Of a stretch of 29,099 nt of DNA, positions 1 to 9,126 are shown piece after piece. The stretch covers positions 1 to 29,099 of the forward strand of contig JAKPQE010000080.1 in assembly GCA_029572955.1 (NCBI GenBank), written 5' to 3'. The notes under the pieces were generated by a model. The model saw only the letters and a list, made by a program, of their open reading frames with translations, made no database searches and had not been told where the DNA came from. Numbering within the stretch: the stretch's first letter is position 1; every line of letters begins with the position of its first letter. The DNA comes from Pseudomonadota bacterium (GTDB lineage: Bacteria; Pseudomonadota; Alphaproteobacteria; Rhizobiales; JAKPQE01). The position numbers were made by a program, and so were the translations under genes.

Positions 1-5
1 AGACC

Positions 6-644
6 ATGACCGACGAGACCGGTACCGAGAAGACCGCGCCCGAGGAGACCGCCGCGGCGCCTGCCGCTGCCGAGGCTCCGGCCGCGACCGATCCGGCGGC
101 GGCGCTTGCCAGGGAGAACGGCGAGCTGAAGGACCGCGTCCTGCGCACCATGGCCGAGATGGAGAATCTGCGCCGGCGCACCGAGCGCGAGGTGCGCGAT
201 GCCGGCCAGTACGCGATCGCCTCGTTCGCCCGCGACCTTCTGGCGGTCGCCGACAATCTGCGCCGGGCGATCGATTCGGTCGGCGAGGAGGCGCGCGCCG
301 GTGCCGAGCCGACCCTCACCGCGCTTCTCGACGGCGTCGAGATGACCGAGCGCGAGCTCCTCAAGGTCTACGAGAAGCACGGCGTGACCAAGATCGAGCC
401 GGCGGGTCAGAAGTTCGATCCGAATTTCCATCAGGCGATGTACGAGATTCCCGACCCGACCGTGCCGGCCGGCACGGTGGCGCAGGTGATGGCCGCCGGC
501 TATGTCATCGGCGAGCGCGTGCTGCGCCCGGCGATGGTCGGCGTCGCCCGTGGCGGGCCGAAATTCGTCGCCGAGACGCCGGCCGAGCCGGAGCCGCGCC
601 CGGCGGCGAGCGAGCCGGGCAGCACCGTCGACCGGGAAGCCTGA
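6..644 (+). CDS. grpE: Nucleotide exchange factor GrpE (DnaK co-chaperone)
   Basis: 212-aa ORF with an Ala/Pro/Glu-rich N-terminus followed by the conserved GrpE core ([11 protein letters not shown]..., [15 protein letters not shown]..., [23 protein letters not shown]). The ATG at 6 is preceded by only 5 nt of window. Confidence 0.9.
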   Translation: MTDETGTEKTAPEETAAAPAAAEAPAATDPAAALARENGELKDRVLRTMAEMENLRRRTEREVRDAGQYAIASFARDLLAVADNLRRAIDSVGEEARAGAEPTLTALLDGVEMTERELLKVYEKHGVTKIEPAGQKFDPNFHQAMYEIPDPTVPAGTVAQVMAAGYVIGERVLRPAMVGVARGGPKFVAETPAEPEPRPAASEPGSTVDREA

Positions 645-689
645 GACGACCGCTCCTCCGCGGCCACATTCTCAAGACCTGTCACCCGC

Positions 690-930
690 GGCTGCGGGCC
701 ATGCCATCCCCTCTCTAACCGTTTCGGACCTCCCCCTCCCCTCCCTCCCCCGGCGGGGGAGGGCTTCATCCGGGCCTATGGGGAATGCTCTGCCTCCCCA
801 GGCGGGTGCTTTGCCCGGCCTTTTTGGGGGAATGCCCTGCCTGAAGGCAGGGCGTCATCCCTCGCCGTCGGGGGAGGGCAACCGCAGCTTCGATTTGTCG
901 TTGCACGACAAATCGTTAGCGTAGGTCGGG
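690..930. repeat. Compound GC-rich palindromic (REP-like) repeat cluster in the convergent grpE / SPFH-gene intergenic region
   Basis: Seen directly: a perfect 9-bp GC hairpin ccctccccc-ggc-gggggaggg (743-763); cgggggagggc twice (754-764, 869-879); direct repeat ggggaatgcYctgcct twice (780-795, 827-842); hairpin gccctgcc-tgaa-ggcagggc (834-853); and a perfect 11-bp inverted repeat cgatttgtcgt-tgc-acgacaaatcg (891-915). Confidence 0.5.
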
Positions 931-986
931 AGGGGGCCGATGGCCGTCGCCTCCGCAAAGACCGCCGACCCTCGTTGCCCGTCTCG

Positions 987-2798
987 TTACTGCATCGCCG
1001 GTGCGGGAGTCGCCGACGGGCGATTGCCGCCGAGGGCCTGGCCGAGGATCGCCGCCGCGCCGGCAAGACCCTCGCCACCGGGCCCGGCGCTCACCACCGT
1101 GTTCGGCACGAGCTTGCTGACGAGGCCGACGAGTTCGGGCCGGCGTTCGAGCGCCGAGAGCGTCTTTTCGAGCGCCTGCAGCAGGGCGACCCGGTCCTGG
1201 CCGAGGACTTGGGCCTGGGCCAGCTGGCCTTTTGCGAGCTCTTCGAGGAACTTGCGCTCGGCGCGGCCGAGGGCTTCGCGTTCCTTTTCGCGCTGGTTGG
1301 CGACCTGCACGGCGATCTGTGATTCGACGAGGCGCGGCTGTTCGTTGGCGGTCGAACGGGCCTGCTCGGTCTCGATGCGCTTCTGCTGGGCCGCCGTCTC
1401 GCGCTCATAGGCGATCGAGAGCTGGTCGGCGAGCTGGACGCGCAGACGCGACAAGAGCAGCTCCGGCGGGATCGCCGGTTCGCCAAGGCGGATCTCGCGG
1501 ATGTCGACGCCGGCCTTCGCCCCTTCCGTCTTGATCTTGCCCTCGATCGTCTCTTCGAGCGCCTCGCGGTTCTCGATGAGATCGAGCACCCGGGTCGGCC
1601 GGATCTCGTACTGGACCGGGTCGGAAACGGTGCCGTCCTCGTTCTTCAGCGGCAGGCGCACGGTCGAGCCGGCGACGTTGCGCACGATCGAGCGGATCGC
1701 CGGCGTGAGGATGCGGTCCTCGATCTCGTCGAGGCCGCCGACCGAGGCAATCACGATCGGCGCATGCTCCGGGCTGACCTGGACGAGGGCGCGCAGCTCG
1801 AGCGGGATATCCCAGCCTTCGACCTTGATGAACACGGCCTTGTCGGCGGCGTTTTCGGGCACCGGCTCGTCGACGCGGCGTTCGGTCTGCTGCAGGTTGC
1901 CCTGCTGGTCGAGGGCGAGATCGACGATCCGCTTGGTATAGCCGCCCTTGTATTCCCAGGTCCGGACGCGAACGTCGACGAAGGTGACCTCGTAGGCCGA
2001 GCGGTTGAGGTAATAGGCGCCGGGCAGCAGCGGCTCCTTCCAGATGCCGACGCAGCCGCGCGGCACCAGCGGCACCGAAAGTGCGCCACGGGTCGGCGTC
2101 GTCGAGACCTCTTCCTCGCGGCAGCTGACGCCGGGCGTCGCGACGTTCGACTTCACGACGCCGACGAAGCCCTTCGGGATGATCGTCGCCTCGGTGTCGG
2201 TATCGATCTTCACGTCGAAGAGATAGCGGTTGAGGCGATACTGGCCGGGCTTCAGGACGGTTTCCTGGGGACCGCGATAGCCGCTCTTCTGCAGGAAGCT
2301 CGACGCGTCGAGCATGTCGGCGACCTGATCGTCCGGGAAGGCCGGGGCGATGAACATGCCGGCCGGCATCGGCTGGCCGTCGAGCGCGGTGAGCTGGCCG
2401 TAATAGCCCTCGGGCACCGAGACGACGTCGTATTCCTCGTAGGAATAGAGCACCCGGACGAAGGGCAGGAAATGGAAACCGGGACCGAGGATCTGGGCCT
2501 GCGGGCCCTTTTCGCCGGCAAGCGCCACGATGCGGCCGGGCGGCAGCTCGGAGAAGGCATAGATGCGCTTCAGATGCCCGACCCCGTCGGCGGCGACATA
2601 GATGAAGGACGTCGCGGCGAGGAGATAAAGGCCGACGAGGGTCGCGACGGCGCCGATGCCGCGGCGGCCGAGGGCGTTGGTCAGCTTGCCGAAGCGGCCG
2701 ATCGGTGGCGGCCCGCCCGCCGGCTTTGCCGGACGCATCAACAGGAACACGCCGAAGGCAACGAGGACTATTCCGACGATGATGCCAAGCATTGCCAA
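987..2798 (-). CDS. Large SPFH/band-7 (flotillin/YqiK-like) membrane protein
   Basis: 603-aa ORF with two N-terminal hydrophobic helices. It has a flotillin-like entry segment (FIYVAADGVG...ILGPGFHFLPFV) and an SPFH-like core ending AIRSIVRNVAGSTV...GVDIREIRLGEPAIPPEL. The C-terminus is a coiled-coil Ala/Glu/Gln/Arg-rich tail typical of flotillin EA repeats. Family assignment rests on motif recall only. Confidence 0.5.
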   Translation of the reverse strand: MAMLGIIVGIVLVAFGVFLLMRPAKPAGGPPPIGRFGKLTNALGRRGIGAVATLVGLYLLAATSFIYVAADGVGHLKRIYAFSELPPGRIVALAGEKGPQAQILGPGFHFLPFVRVLYSYEEYDVVSVPEGYYGQLTALDGQPMPAGMFIAPAFPDDQVADMLDASSFLQKSGYRGPQETVLKPGQYRLNRYLFDVKIDTDTEATIIPKGFVGVVKSNVATPGVSCREEEVSTTPTRGALSVPLVPRGCVGIWKEPLLPGAYYLNRSAYEVTFVDVRVRTWEYKGGYTKRIVDLALDQQGNLQQTERRVDEPVPENAADKAVFIKVEGWDIPLELRALVQVSPEHAPIVIASVGGLDEIEDRILTPAIRSIVRNVAGSTVRLPLKNEDGTVSDPVQYEIRPTRVLDLIENREALEETIEGKIKTEGAKAGVDIREIRLGEPAIPPELLLSRLRVQLADQLSIAYERETAAQQKRIETEQARSTANEQPRLVESQIAVQVANQREKEREALGRAERKFLEELAKGQLAQAQVLGQDRVALLQALEKTLSALERRPELVGLVSKLVPNTVVSAGPGGEGLAGAAAILGQALGGNRPSATPAPAMQ

Positions 2799-2877
2799 CC
2801 CCCCTCGAGCGAATCACCGAAGAACAGGATAGTGGCATTGCGCGGTGTCGGTACGACGGTTAGTCGCAAAAATATCG

Positions 2878-3543
2878 TCAGGTCTTGCCGTCGCCGGGTG
2901 CGGTCACCCGTCTGAGGGTCAGGTTGACGCGACCGCCGTCGGCAAAGACATAGCCATAGGGCGCAAGCAGCGTCGAGCTGCCGGCCATCAGGCGGTCGAT
3001 GCCGTGATAATAGAGCCGCGACGGTCCGCCGAGGACGAGCACGTCGCCGGAGGCGAGCGGGAAGGAGCGGGTCGGGCCGCCGCGCTCCGGACCGCCGATG
3101 CGGAAGCGGGCGGTGTCGCCGAGGGAAATCGAGACGATCGGAGCCGAAAAGTCGGCTTCGTCCTCGTCGCGATGGAGCCCCATTTTCGCGTCGGGGCCGT
3201 AATAGTTGACGAGGCAGGCTTCCGGCTCGTGCGGATAGCCGGCGAATTCCCGCCAGAGGGCGAGGACCGAGCCCGGCATCGGCGGCCATGGCCTGTTCGT
3301 TTCGGGGTGACGTTCGCCATAGCGGTAGCCGTTGCGGTCCGACAGCCAGCCGAGCTTGCCGCAATTGGTCATCCGCACGCTGAAGGGTCGACCGCTTCTC
3401 GGCATCACCGGCCGGTAGAGCGGGGCCTCGCGGATGACGCCAACGATATCGGCGAGAAGCGATTCGGCGCCGTTCCGATCGAGCGCGCCGGGATAGAGCC
3501 GAAGGCCGGGTATGTCGGTGCCGGCCTGCCGCCGCTCAGTCAC
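2878..3543 (-). CDS. alkB: Alpha-ketoglutarate/Fe(II)-dependent dioxygenase AlkB (alkylated DNA repair)
   Basis: 221 aa with AlkB motifs: MTNCGKLGW, NRPWPPMP, ACLVNYY.PDAKMGLHRDEDE, APIVSISLG, LYYHGI, RVNLTLRRV. GTG start at 3541-3543, overlapping the dnaQ stop by a few nt. Confidence 0.85.
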   Translation of the reverse strand: MTERRQAGTDIPGLRLYPGALDRNGAESLLADIVGVIREAPLYRPVMPRSGRPFSVRMTNCGKLGWLSDRNGYRYGERHPETNRPWPPMPGSVLALWREFAGYPHEPEACLVNYYGPDAKMGLHRDEDEADFSAPIVSISLGDTARFRIGGPERGGPTRSFPLASGDVLVLGGPSRLYYHGIDRLMAGSSTLLAPYGYVFADGGRVNLTLRRVTAPGDGKT

Positions 3544-4231
3544 CGAGGTATTTCCGCCAGATCGCCTTCTCGCCCATCTCTGCGATGAAGGCGATATGGG
3601 CCTCTCGCTCCGCCTCGGTCAGGCGCGGGCCTAGCGGGCGCGGGCGCGGCGGGATATCGCGGGCGCTGATCGCGCCGGCGTGGCCGCCAACCTCTTCCGC
3701 ATCGAGGGTCAGGAACGCCTGGCGGCCGCCGATCAGCTCCAGATAGACCTCGGCGAGGAGTTCGGCGTCGAGCAGCGCACCGTGCTTGGTGCGGCGCGAA
3801 TTGTCGATGCCGTAGCGCTGGCAGAGGGCGTCGAGGCTGTTGGAGCCGACCGGATGCTTCTTGCGGGCGAGCATCAGCGTGTCGACGACGAGTTCGGCCG
3901 GCAGCGCCGGGCGCCCGACATTGCCGAGCTCGAAGTTGAGAAAGCCCATGTCGAAGCTGGCGTTGTGGGCGATCAGCCGGGCGCCGTCGACGAAGGCGAG
4001 GAATTCTTCCACGACATCGCCGAACACCGGCTTGTCGGCGAGGAACTGTTCCGAGAGGCCATGAACGTTGTAGGCTTCGACCGGCATCGAGCGCATCGGA
4101 TTGATGTAGCGGTGGAAGACCTGGCCGGTCGGGATGTGATTGATCAGCTCGACGGCACCGATCTCGACCACGCGATCGCCGGTGCGGTGATCGAGGCCTG
4201 TCGTTTCGGTATCGAGGGTGATTTCCCGCAA
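3536..4231 (-). CDS. dnaQ: DNA polymerase III epsilon subunit (3'-5' proofreading exonuclease)
   Basis: Exo motifs REITLDTETTGLD (ExoI), GARLIAHNASFDMGFL (ExoII) and TKHGALLDAELLAEVY (ExoIII). There is no in-frame ATG, so a TTG start at 4229-4231 giving M-REITLDTETTGL is proposed. The longer 596-aa ORF in the track is an artefactual upstream extension. Confidence 0.8.
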   Translation of the reverse strand: MREITLDTETTGLDHRTGDRVVEIGAVELINHIPTGQVFHRYINPMRSMPVEAYNVHGLSEQFLADKPVFGDVVEEFLAFVDGARLIAHNASFDMGFLNFELGNVGRPALPAELVVDTLMLARKKHPVGSNSLDALCQRYGIDNSRRTKHGALLDAELLAEVYLELIGGRQAFLTLDAEEVGGHAGAISARDIPPRPRPLGPRLTEAEREAHIAFIAEMGEKAIWRKYLGD

Positions 4232-4281
4232 GGTTGCGGCTCCATCGATTCGGGGGCGATATGGCGGACCCCAAAGATCGG

Positions 4282-4905
4282 TCAGCGACCGGAGCCGTGC
4301 AAGGCCCGCCGCGCGGCTTTTCCCCGCATTCCGGCGACGGCCCTGAGGATGCCGGCGACGGCGGCGCGGGCGTTGTCGAAGCCGTGACCGGTATCGACGA
4401 GGAAATGGGCGGCGCGGCGTTTCTCGGCGTCCGGCATCTGGCGGGCGAGCATCGCCTCGAACAGCTCCTCGGTCACCCCCGGACGGGCCATGACCCGGGC
4501 GCGCTGGACAGCGGCGCCGGCGGTGACGACGACGACGGCATCGACCCGCGCGGCGCCTCCCGTCTCCAGCAGCAGCGGGATATCGAGAACGACGATGCGG
4601 TTCGATTCGGCTGCGGACCGAAGGAACTTCTGTTCCTCCTCGCGCACCAGCGGATGGACGATCGCCTCGAGCCGGGCGATCGCCTGGCGGTCGCCGGCGA
4701 CGATCGCCCCGAGCTTCTTGCGCTCGACGCCGTCCGGTCCGGTGGTTCCGGGAAAGGCCGCCTCGATCGATGGCACGGCCGTTCCGCGATAGAGCATGTG
4801 CACCGTGCGGTCGGCGTCGTGCACCGGGACGCCGGCCTCGGCGAACATCTTCGCCGTCGTCGACTTGCCCATGCCGATCGATCCGGTGAGGCCGAGGACG
4901 AGCAT
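4282..4905 (-). CDS. coaE: Dephospho-CoA kinase
   Basis: Starts [16 protein letters not shown] (P-loop) and carries CoaE-like ...VHDADRTVH... and IVVLDIPLL. The ATG at 4903-4905 overlaps the aroE stop by 1 nt (TGATG). Confidence 0.85.
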   Translation of the reverse strand: MLVLGLTGSIGMGKSTTAKMFAEAGVPVHDADRTVHMLYRGTAVPSIEAAFPGTTGPDGVERKKLGAIVAGDRQAIARLEAIVHPLVREEEQKFLRSAAESNRIVVLDIPLLLETGGAARVDAVVVVTAGAAVQRARVMARPGVTEELFEAMLARQMPDAEKRRAAHFLVDTGHGFDNARAAVAGILRAVAGMRGKAARRALHGSGR

Positions 4906-5741
4906 CAGGAACTCCCGATATGGGCAAGAACGACGGCGCGGAGCTCGTCGGTGACCTCCGGACGGAGCCCGAACCAGCGCTCGAAGCCCGGCACGGCCTG
5001 ATGCAGCAGCATACCGAGGCCGTCGACCACCGGGTTGCCACGCTGCCGTGCCGCCCGCAAAAGCCCGGTCTCGAGCGGCACATAGACGATGTCGGTGACG
5101 AGCGCATCGGCCGGGAGGCGGGAAAGGTCGATATCGACGTCGGGCTCGCCGGCCATGCCGAGCGAGGTGGTGTTGACGAGAAGGCGAGCATCTTCGAGAG
5201 CGGCCGATCGATTCTCCCACGAAACGGCTTCGATCGTCGGCCCGAAACGAGCCTTGAAATCGTCGACGCGGGTGAGCGTCCGGTTGGCGATGCGGATCGG
5301 GGCCAGGCCGCGCGCGGCAAGGGCATGGACGATGGCGCGGGCCGCGCCGCCGGCGCCGAGAACGACGGCCGGGCCTTTCACGTCGTCCCAGCCGGGCTGG
5401 CCGGCATCGAGATTGGCGAGGAATCCGTAGCCATCGGTGTTCGAGGCGCAGAGCCTGCCGTCCTCGAGCCAGAGCGTGTTGGCGGCGCCGAGGCGGGTGG
5501 CGATCTCGTCGGCGCGATCGGCGGCGGCGAAGGCGCCTTCCTTGTGCGGCACGGTGACATTGCCACCGACGAAGCCGTTCGCCGCGAGGCTGGCCAGGAA
5601 GCCGGCGAGGGCCGCGGGCTCGACCGGCACGGCCTCGTAGCTGCCGGCAAGACCATAGGTCTTCAGCCAGTGACCGTGGATGACCGGCGAGCGGGAATGC
5701 CTGATCGGCCAGCCGATGACGAAGGCGCGCGGTGCGGTCAT
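4905..5741 (-). CDS. aroE: Shikimate 5-dehydrogenase
   Basis: 278 aa with [25 protein letters not shown]...NTDG.GF and a GAGGAARA Rossmann motif. Its start overlaps the maf stop (ATGA). Confidence 0.85.
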   Translation of the reverse strand: MTAPRAFVIGWPIRHSRSPVIHGHWLKTYGLAGSYEAVPVEPAALAGFLASLAANGFVGGNVTVPHKEGAFAAADRADEIATRLGAANTLWLEDGRLCASNTDGYGFLANLDAGQPGWDDVKGPAVVLGAGGAARAIVHALAARGLAPIRIANRTLTRVDDFKARFGPTIEAVSWENRSAALEDARLLVNTTSLGMAGEPDVDIDLSRLPADALVTDIVYVPLETGLLRAARQRGNPVVDGLGMLLHQAVPGFERWFGLRPEVTDELRAVVLAHIGSS

Positions 5742-6340
5742 GTCTCGAGGATCCCCCGATCACGCAGGAAGCCGAGCAGGGGCAGCAGCGGCAGGCCGAG
5801 GATGGTGAAATAGTCGCCTTCGATCGTCTCGAAGAGCTGGATGCCCGGCCCCTCGAGGCGATAGGCGCCGACGCTGGTCAGCGCTTCGCTGCCGACAAGG
5901 GCGAGATAGTGGCCGGCGAATTCGGGGGTGAAATCGCGCATGGTGAGATCGGCGCGCGAGATGTGGCGCCACAGCGTCTCGCCGTCCTTCACACAGGCGA
6001 TCGCCGAATGGAGCGAGTGCGTCGCGCCGCGCATGGCAAGGAGCTGGCGGCGGGCATCCTCGATCGTTTCGGGCTTGTTGAAGCGCTTCTCGCCGAGACC
6101 GAGGGTCTGGTCGGAGCCGATGACGAGCGCGCCCGGACGACGTTCGCTGACCTCCCTTGCCTTCGCCTCGGCCAGCACTTCGGCGATGTCGTCGGGGCCG
6201 AAATCCGCTTCGACGAGCGGCGCCTCGACGGCGCGTTCGTCGATATCGGCGGGGACGATGTCGAAATCGAGCCCGGCGTTCTGCAGCAGCATGATCCGCG
6301 ACTGGCTTTTCGAGGCAAGGATCAGGCGGGTATCGGTCAT
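5738..6340 (-). CDS. maf: Maf-like nucleoside triphosphate pyrophosphatase (septum formation protein Maf)
   Basis: 200 aa with [12 protein letters not shown], ...VIGSDQ..., ...KP.....A...L... and [11 protein letters not shown], the typical Maf/YhdE signature. Confidence 0.85.
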   Translation of the reverse strand: MTDTRLILASKSQSRIMLLQNAGLDFDIVPADIDERAVEAPLVEADFGPDDIAEVLAEAKAREVSERRPGALVIGSDQTLGLGEKRFNKPETIEDARRQLLAMRGATHSLHSAIACVKDGETLWRHISRADLTMRDFTPEFAGHYLALVGSEALTSVGAYRLEGPGIQLFETIEGDYFTILGLPLLPLLGFLRDRGILET

Positions 6341-6361
6341 CTTGCGGTCCTCGACGGGCGA

Positions 6362-7210
6362 TCAGTCGCCGGCGGCTTCGAGCTGGGCCTTGCGGTGCGA
6401 CTGATAGAGCGCGGCGATCGCGGCGGCGGTTTCCTCGATCGAACGGCGGGTGACGTCGATGATCGGCCAGTTCTGGCGGCCGCAGGTCTTGCGCGTGAAG
6501 GCGATCTCCTCGGAGATCGAGGTGCGGTCGACATAGGCCGTGTTGCCGTCGCTGGCATTGAGGGCGAGAAGCCGGTTCTGGCGGATATGGGCAACGCGCT
6601 CGGGGCTGGCGATGAGACCGACGATCAGCGGCTTCTTGGCTTCGAACAGCCGTTCCGGCAGCGGGATGCCGAGAACGATCGGGATGTTCATGGTCTTGAT
6701 GCCGCGATTGGCGAGATAGATCGAGGTCGGAGTCTTCGAGGTACGGCTGATGCCGACGATGACGATGTCGGCCTCGTCGACATCGTCCGGGAACTGGCCG
6801 TCGTCGTGCATCATGGTGAAGTTCAGCGCGTCGATGCGATTGAAATAGTCGGCATCGAGGACGTGCTGGGCGCCGACGCGGCTCGTCGTCGGCTCGCCGA
6901 GGAAGGAGCGGAAGGCGGCGAGCACCGGGCCAATGATCGAGAGGCAGGGAAGGCCGATGCCGCGGCAGGCGGTCTCGATGCGCTCGCAGAGCTCCGGGTC
7001 GACGAGCGTGTAGAGGACGATGCCCGGGCGGCGACTGATCTCCTCGATGACGCGGTCCATCTGCTTGACGTTGCGCACCGCCGGATGAACGTGCTTGACG
7101 AGATCGACCGAGCCGTAATGCGCGGTGGCGGCGCGGGCGACGGTCATCAGCGTTTCGCCGGTCGCGTCGGAAATGAGATGGAGATGAAAGTGGTTGGCTT
7201 CGGTTTCCAC
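6362..7210 (-). CDS. DUF299 kinase/pyrophosphorylase (putative pyruvate,phosphate dikinase / PEP synthetase regulatory protein PpsR-like)
   Basis: Motifs [19 protein letters not shown] and [20 protein letters not shown] (P-loop-like) match the PDRP/PpsR family. A GTG start at 7208-7210 gives about 283 aa, with AAGGA about 13 nt upstream. This is the position of Caulobacter CC0001/RP001, the gene bordering Cori. Confidence 0.7.
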   Translation of the reverse strand: METEANHFHLHLISDATGETLMTVARAATAHYGSVDLVKHVHPAVRNVKQMDRVIEEISRRPGIVLYTLVDPELCERIETACRGIGLPCLSIIGPVLAAFRSFLGEPTTSRVGAQHVLDADYFNRIDALNFTMMHDDGQFPDDVDEADIVIVGISRTSKTPTSIYLANRGIKTMNIPIVLGIPLPERLFEAKKPLIVGLIASPERVAHIRQNRLLALNASDGNTAYVDRTSISEEIAFTRKTCGRQNWPIIDVTRRSIEETAAAIAALYQSHRKAQLEAAGD

Positions 7211-7629
7211 CGGATTATCCCCATCCTTGTCGAAAACACGGGAGAAAGGGCGCCTCGTGGCGGCTCCCGAGCGATCTATCCCCGAAACGGGGTTTTCATC
7301 AACAGGCGATGCGGGACGGGACAGCCGGCGATCGGTTCGGTGGAACTTCGGGAATCGACGAGGTCGTCGACTTTCCATCGGCGAAATGTCCACAGGATGA
7401 GACGCCCGGATCGAGCGCCGATTTTCACTCAATCTATTGTTTTCGCTATGAAATCCGGTCTATCTCATGGACGGATACGGATATGTGCAGAACTCTCGGT
7501 GATCGCGACGCGACCGAAGGTCCGCCGTGGCATCGTTGTGGAGAAAGCGAAATGAGTCTAATCCACGGTCAAAAGAAATAATCAAAAATCAAAATCAGGA
7601 TTCTTGGATTTTAGAATTGGAGTGGACGA
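7211..7629. other. Candidate chromosomal replication origin (oriC/Cori-like) in the DUF299-hemE divergent intergenic region
   Basis: DnaA-box-like 9-mers: ttatcccca (7215-7223, 1 mismatch to TTATCCACA), atgtccaca (7386-7394), tgtggagaa (7537-7545, 1 mismatch to TGTGGATAA) and taatccacg (7559-7567). A sharply AT-rich tract lies at 7569-7618 (aaaagaaataatcaaaaatcaaaatcaggattcttggattttagaatt) immediately upstream of the hemE start. The gene context matches the hemE/RP001 origin region of Caulobacter and other alphaproteobacteria. Confidence 0.5.
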
Positions 7630-8685
7630 GTGAGCGAAGGACAGAACGCGACCGCCGACCGAAAGCTCGTTCGGGTGCTCGATGGTGAGAGCGTCTTTCC
7701 GCCTCCGATCTGGCTGATGCGCCAGGCAGGACGGTACCTGCCGGAATACCGGGCGACGCGCGCCGAAGCCGGGAGCTTTCTCGATCTTTGCTACAATCCG
7801 GAACTCGCCACGGAAGTGACGCTCCAGCCGATCCGCCGGTTCGGCTTCGATGCGGCCATTCTCTTTTCCGATATCCTCGTCATCCCGGATGCGCTCGGCC
7901 GCAAGGTGCGGTTCAGCGAGGGACACGGACCGCAGCTCGATCCGATCACGACGGACGAGGAGATCGACAGGTTGCGGGTCGACGGGGCGGTGGAGCGCCT
8001 CGCGCCGGTCATCGAGACGGTGGGACGGATTCGGGCCGCGCTGCCCGAGGAGGTGACGCTGCTCGGTTTCTGTGGCGCGCCGTGGACGGTCGCGACCTAC
8101 ATGATCGCCGGCGAGGGAACCCCCGACCAGGCGCCGGCGCGGCTGTTCGCCTATCGCAACGAGGCGGCATTCGCGAAGCTGATGGAAAAGCTCGTTGCCT
8201 CGTCGGTCGATTATCTCGTGGCGCAGCTTGAGGCCGGTGCCGATGCCGTGCAGGTGTTCGATACCTGGGCCGGGGTGCTCGACGAGGTGTCGTTCCGCAA
8301 GTGGGTGATCGAGCCGACGCGGGCGATCGTCGATGGGGTGCGCGCCAAAGTGCCGGGCGCCCGGATCATCGGTTTTCCGCGCGGCTCGGGGCTGCTCTAT
8401 ACGGATTTCGTCGCCGAGACCGGGGTCAATGCGGTCGGTATGGACTGGACGGTGCCGCGGGAATTCGCGCGCGACCGGCTGCAGCCGAATGTTGCTGTCC
8501 AGGGCAATATCGATCCGTTGCTGATGATCGAGGGCGGCGCGGCGCTCGACGCCTCGGTCGACGATCTCGTCGAAAAGCTCGGGCGTGGCCGGCTTATCGC
8601 CAATCTCGGCCACGGCATTACGCCGCAGGGGCGCATCGAGAATGTCGAGCGCTTCATCCGGCGGGTTCGCGACGCCAGGCTCTGA
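7630..8685 (+). CDS. hemE: Uroporphyrinogen decarboxylase
   Basis: 351 aa with [16 protein letters not shown] and [14 protein letters not shown]; overall HemE-like throughout. GTG start at 7630 preceded by ggagtgg. Confidence 0.9.
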   Translation: MSEGQNATADRKLVRVLDGESVFPPPIWLMRQAGRYLPEYRATRAEAGSFLDLCYNPELATEVTLQPIRRFGFDAAILFSDILVIPDALGRKVRFSEGHGPQLDPITTDEEIDRLRVDGAVERLAPVIETVGRIRAALPEEVTLLGFCGAPWTVATYMIAGEGTPDQAPARLFAYRNEAAFAKLMEKLVASSVDYLVAQLEAGADAVQVFDTWAGVLDEVSFRKWVIEPTRAIVDGVRAKVPGARIIGFPRGSGLLYTDFVAETGVNAVGMDWTVPREFARDRLQPNVAVQGNIDPLLMIEGGAALDASVDDLVEKLGRGRLIANLGHGITPQGRIENVERFIRRVRDARL

Positions 8686-8703
8686 TCGGGGGAAGTCGCC
8701 GGG

Positions 8704-9126
8704 ATGCTCTACCTTTCGGTCAAAGCCTTTCACGTGATGGCGATCATTTCTTGGATGGCGGGGATTTTCTATCTGCCGCGGCTGTTCGTCTACCACGTCG
8801 AAGCGGTCAAGGATCCGCAGACCGCCGAGCTCTTCAAGACGATGGAGCGGCGGCTGATGAAGGCGATCATGACGCCGGCGATGGTCGCCTCGTGGATCGC
8901 CGGCCTGTGGATCGCCTACGACATGTCGTTCTTCGGCGATGCGTGGTTTCTCTGGAAGCTGGCGCTGGTCATCGCCATGACCGCCTATCACGTCTTCCTC
9001 GAATATTGCCGGTTCCAGCTTGCCGCGGATCGCAACACGCATAGCGGCAGGTTCTATCGGGTGATCAACGAAATCCCGACCCTCCTGATGATCGCGATCG
9101 TGATTTTCGTCATCGTGAAGCCGTAA
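8704..9126 (+). CDS. hemJ: Protoporphyrinogen IX oxidase HemJ (UPF0093/CopD-like membrane protein)
   Basis: 140-aa polytopic membrane protein with HemJ signatures: KAFHVMAIISWMAGIFYLPRLFVYH, MERRLMKAIMTPAM, YRVINEIP, ending ...VKP. It is adjacent to hemE, as is typical in alphaproteobacteria. Confidence 0.75.
   Translation: MLYLSVKAFHVMAIISWMAGIFYLPRLFVYHVEAVKDPQTAELFKTMERRLMKAIMTPAMVASWIAGLWIAYDMSFFGDAWFLWKLALVIAMTAYHVFLEYCRFQLAADRNTHSGRFYRVINEIPTLLMIAIVIFVIVKP

Noticed and set aside
3540-4274. 244-aa ORF overlapping dnaQ in another frame, and the 596-aa and 493-aa upstream extensions of dnaQ and coaE
   Set aside because: The frame-shifted ORF has no conserved motifs. The extensions lack homology until the true N-terminal motifs (REITLDTETTGL; [15 protein letters not shown]) and would overlap upstream genes.
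4595-4615. ggttcgattcgg resembling a tRNA T-arm
   Set aside because: It lies inside the coaE coding sequence with no acceptor, D or anticodon stem context. No tRNA genes were detected in the window.
7211-7629. CtrA boxes (TTAA-N7-TTAA) and GANTC methylation-site enrichment in the putative origin
   Set aside because: No TTAA-N7-TTAA motif is present; TTAA is essentially absent from the region. Only three GANTC sites (7352, 7554, 7599) were found, which is near random expectation. The origin call therefore rests on synteny, DnaA-like boxes and the AT-rich tract only.
8725-8738. parS-like half site ctttcacgtgatgg inside hemJ
   Set aside because: Only about 10 of 16 matches to the parS consensus, and the second half-site is missing. 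It is probably just the CACGTG hexamer by chance.
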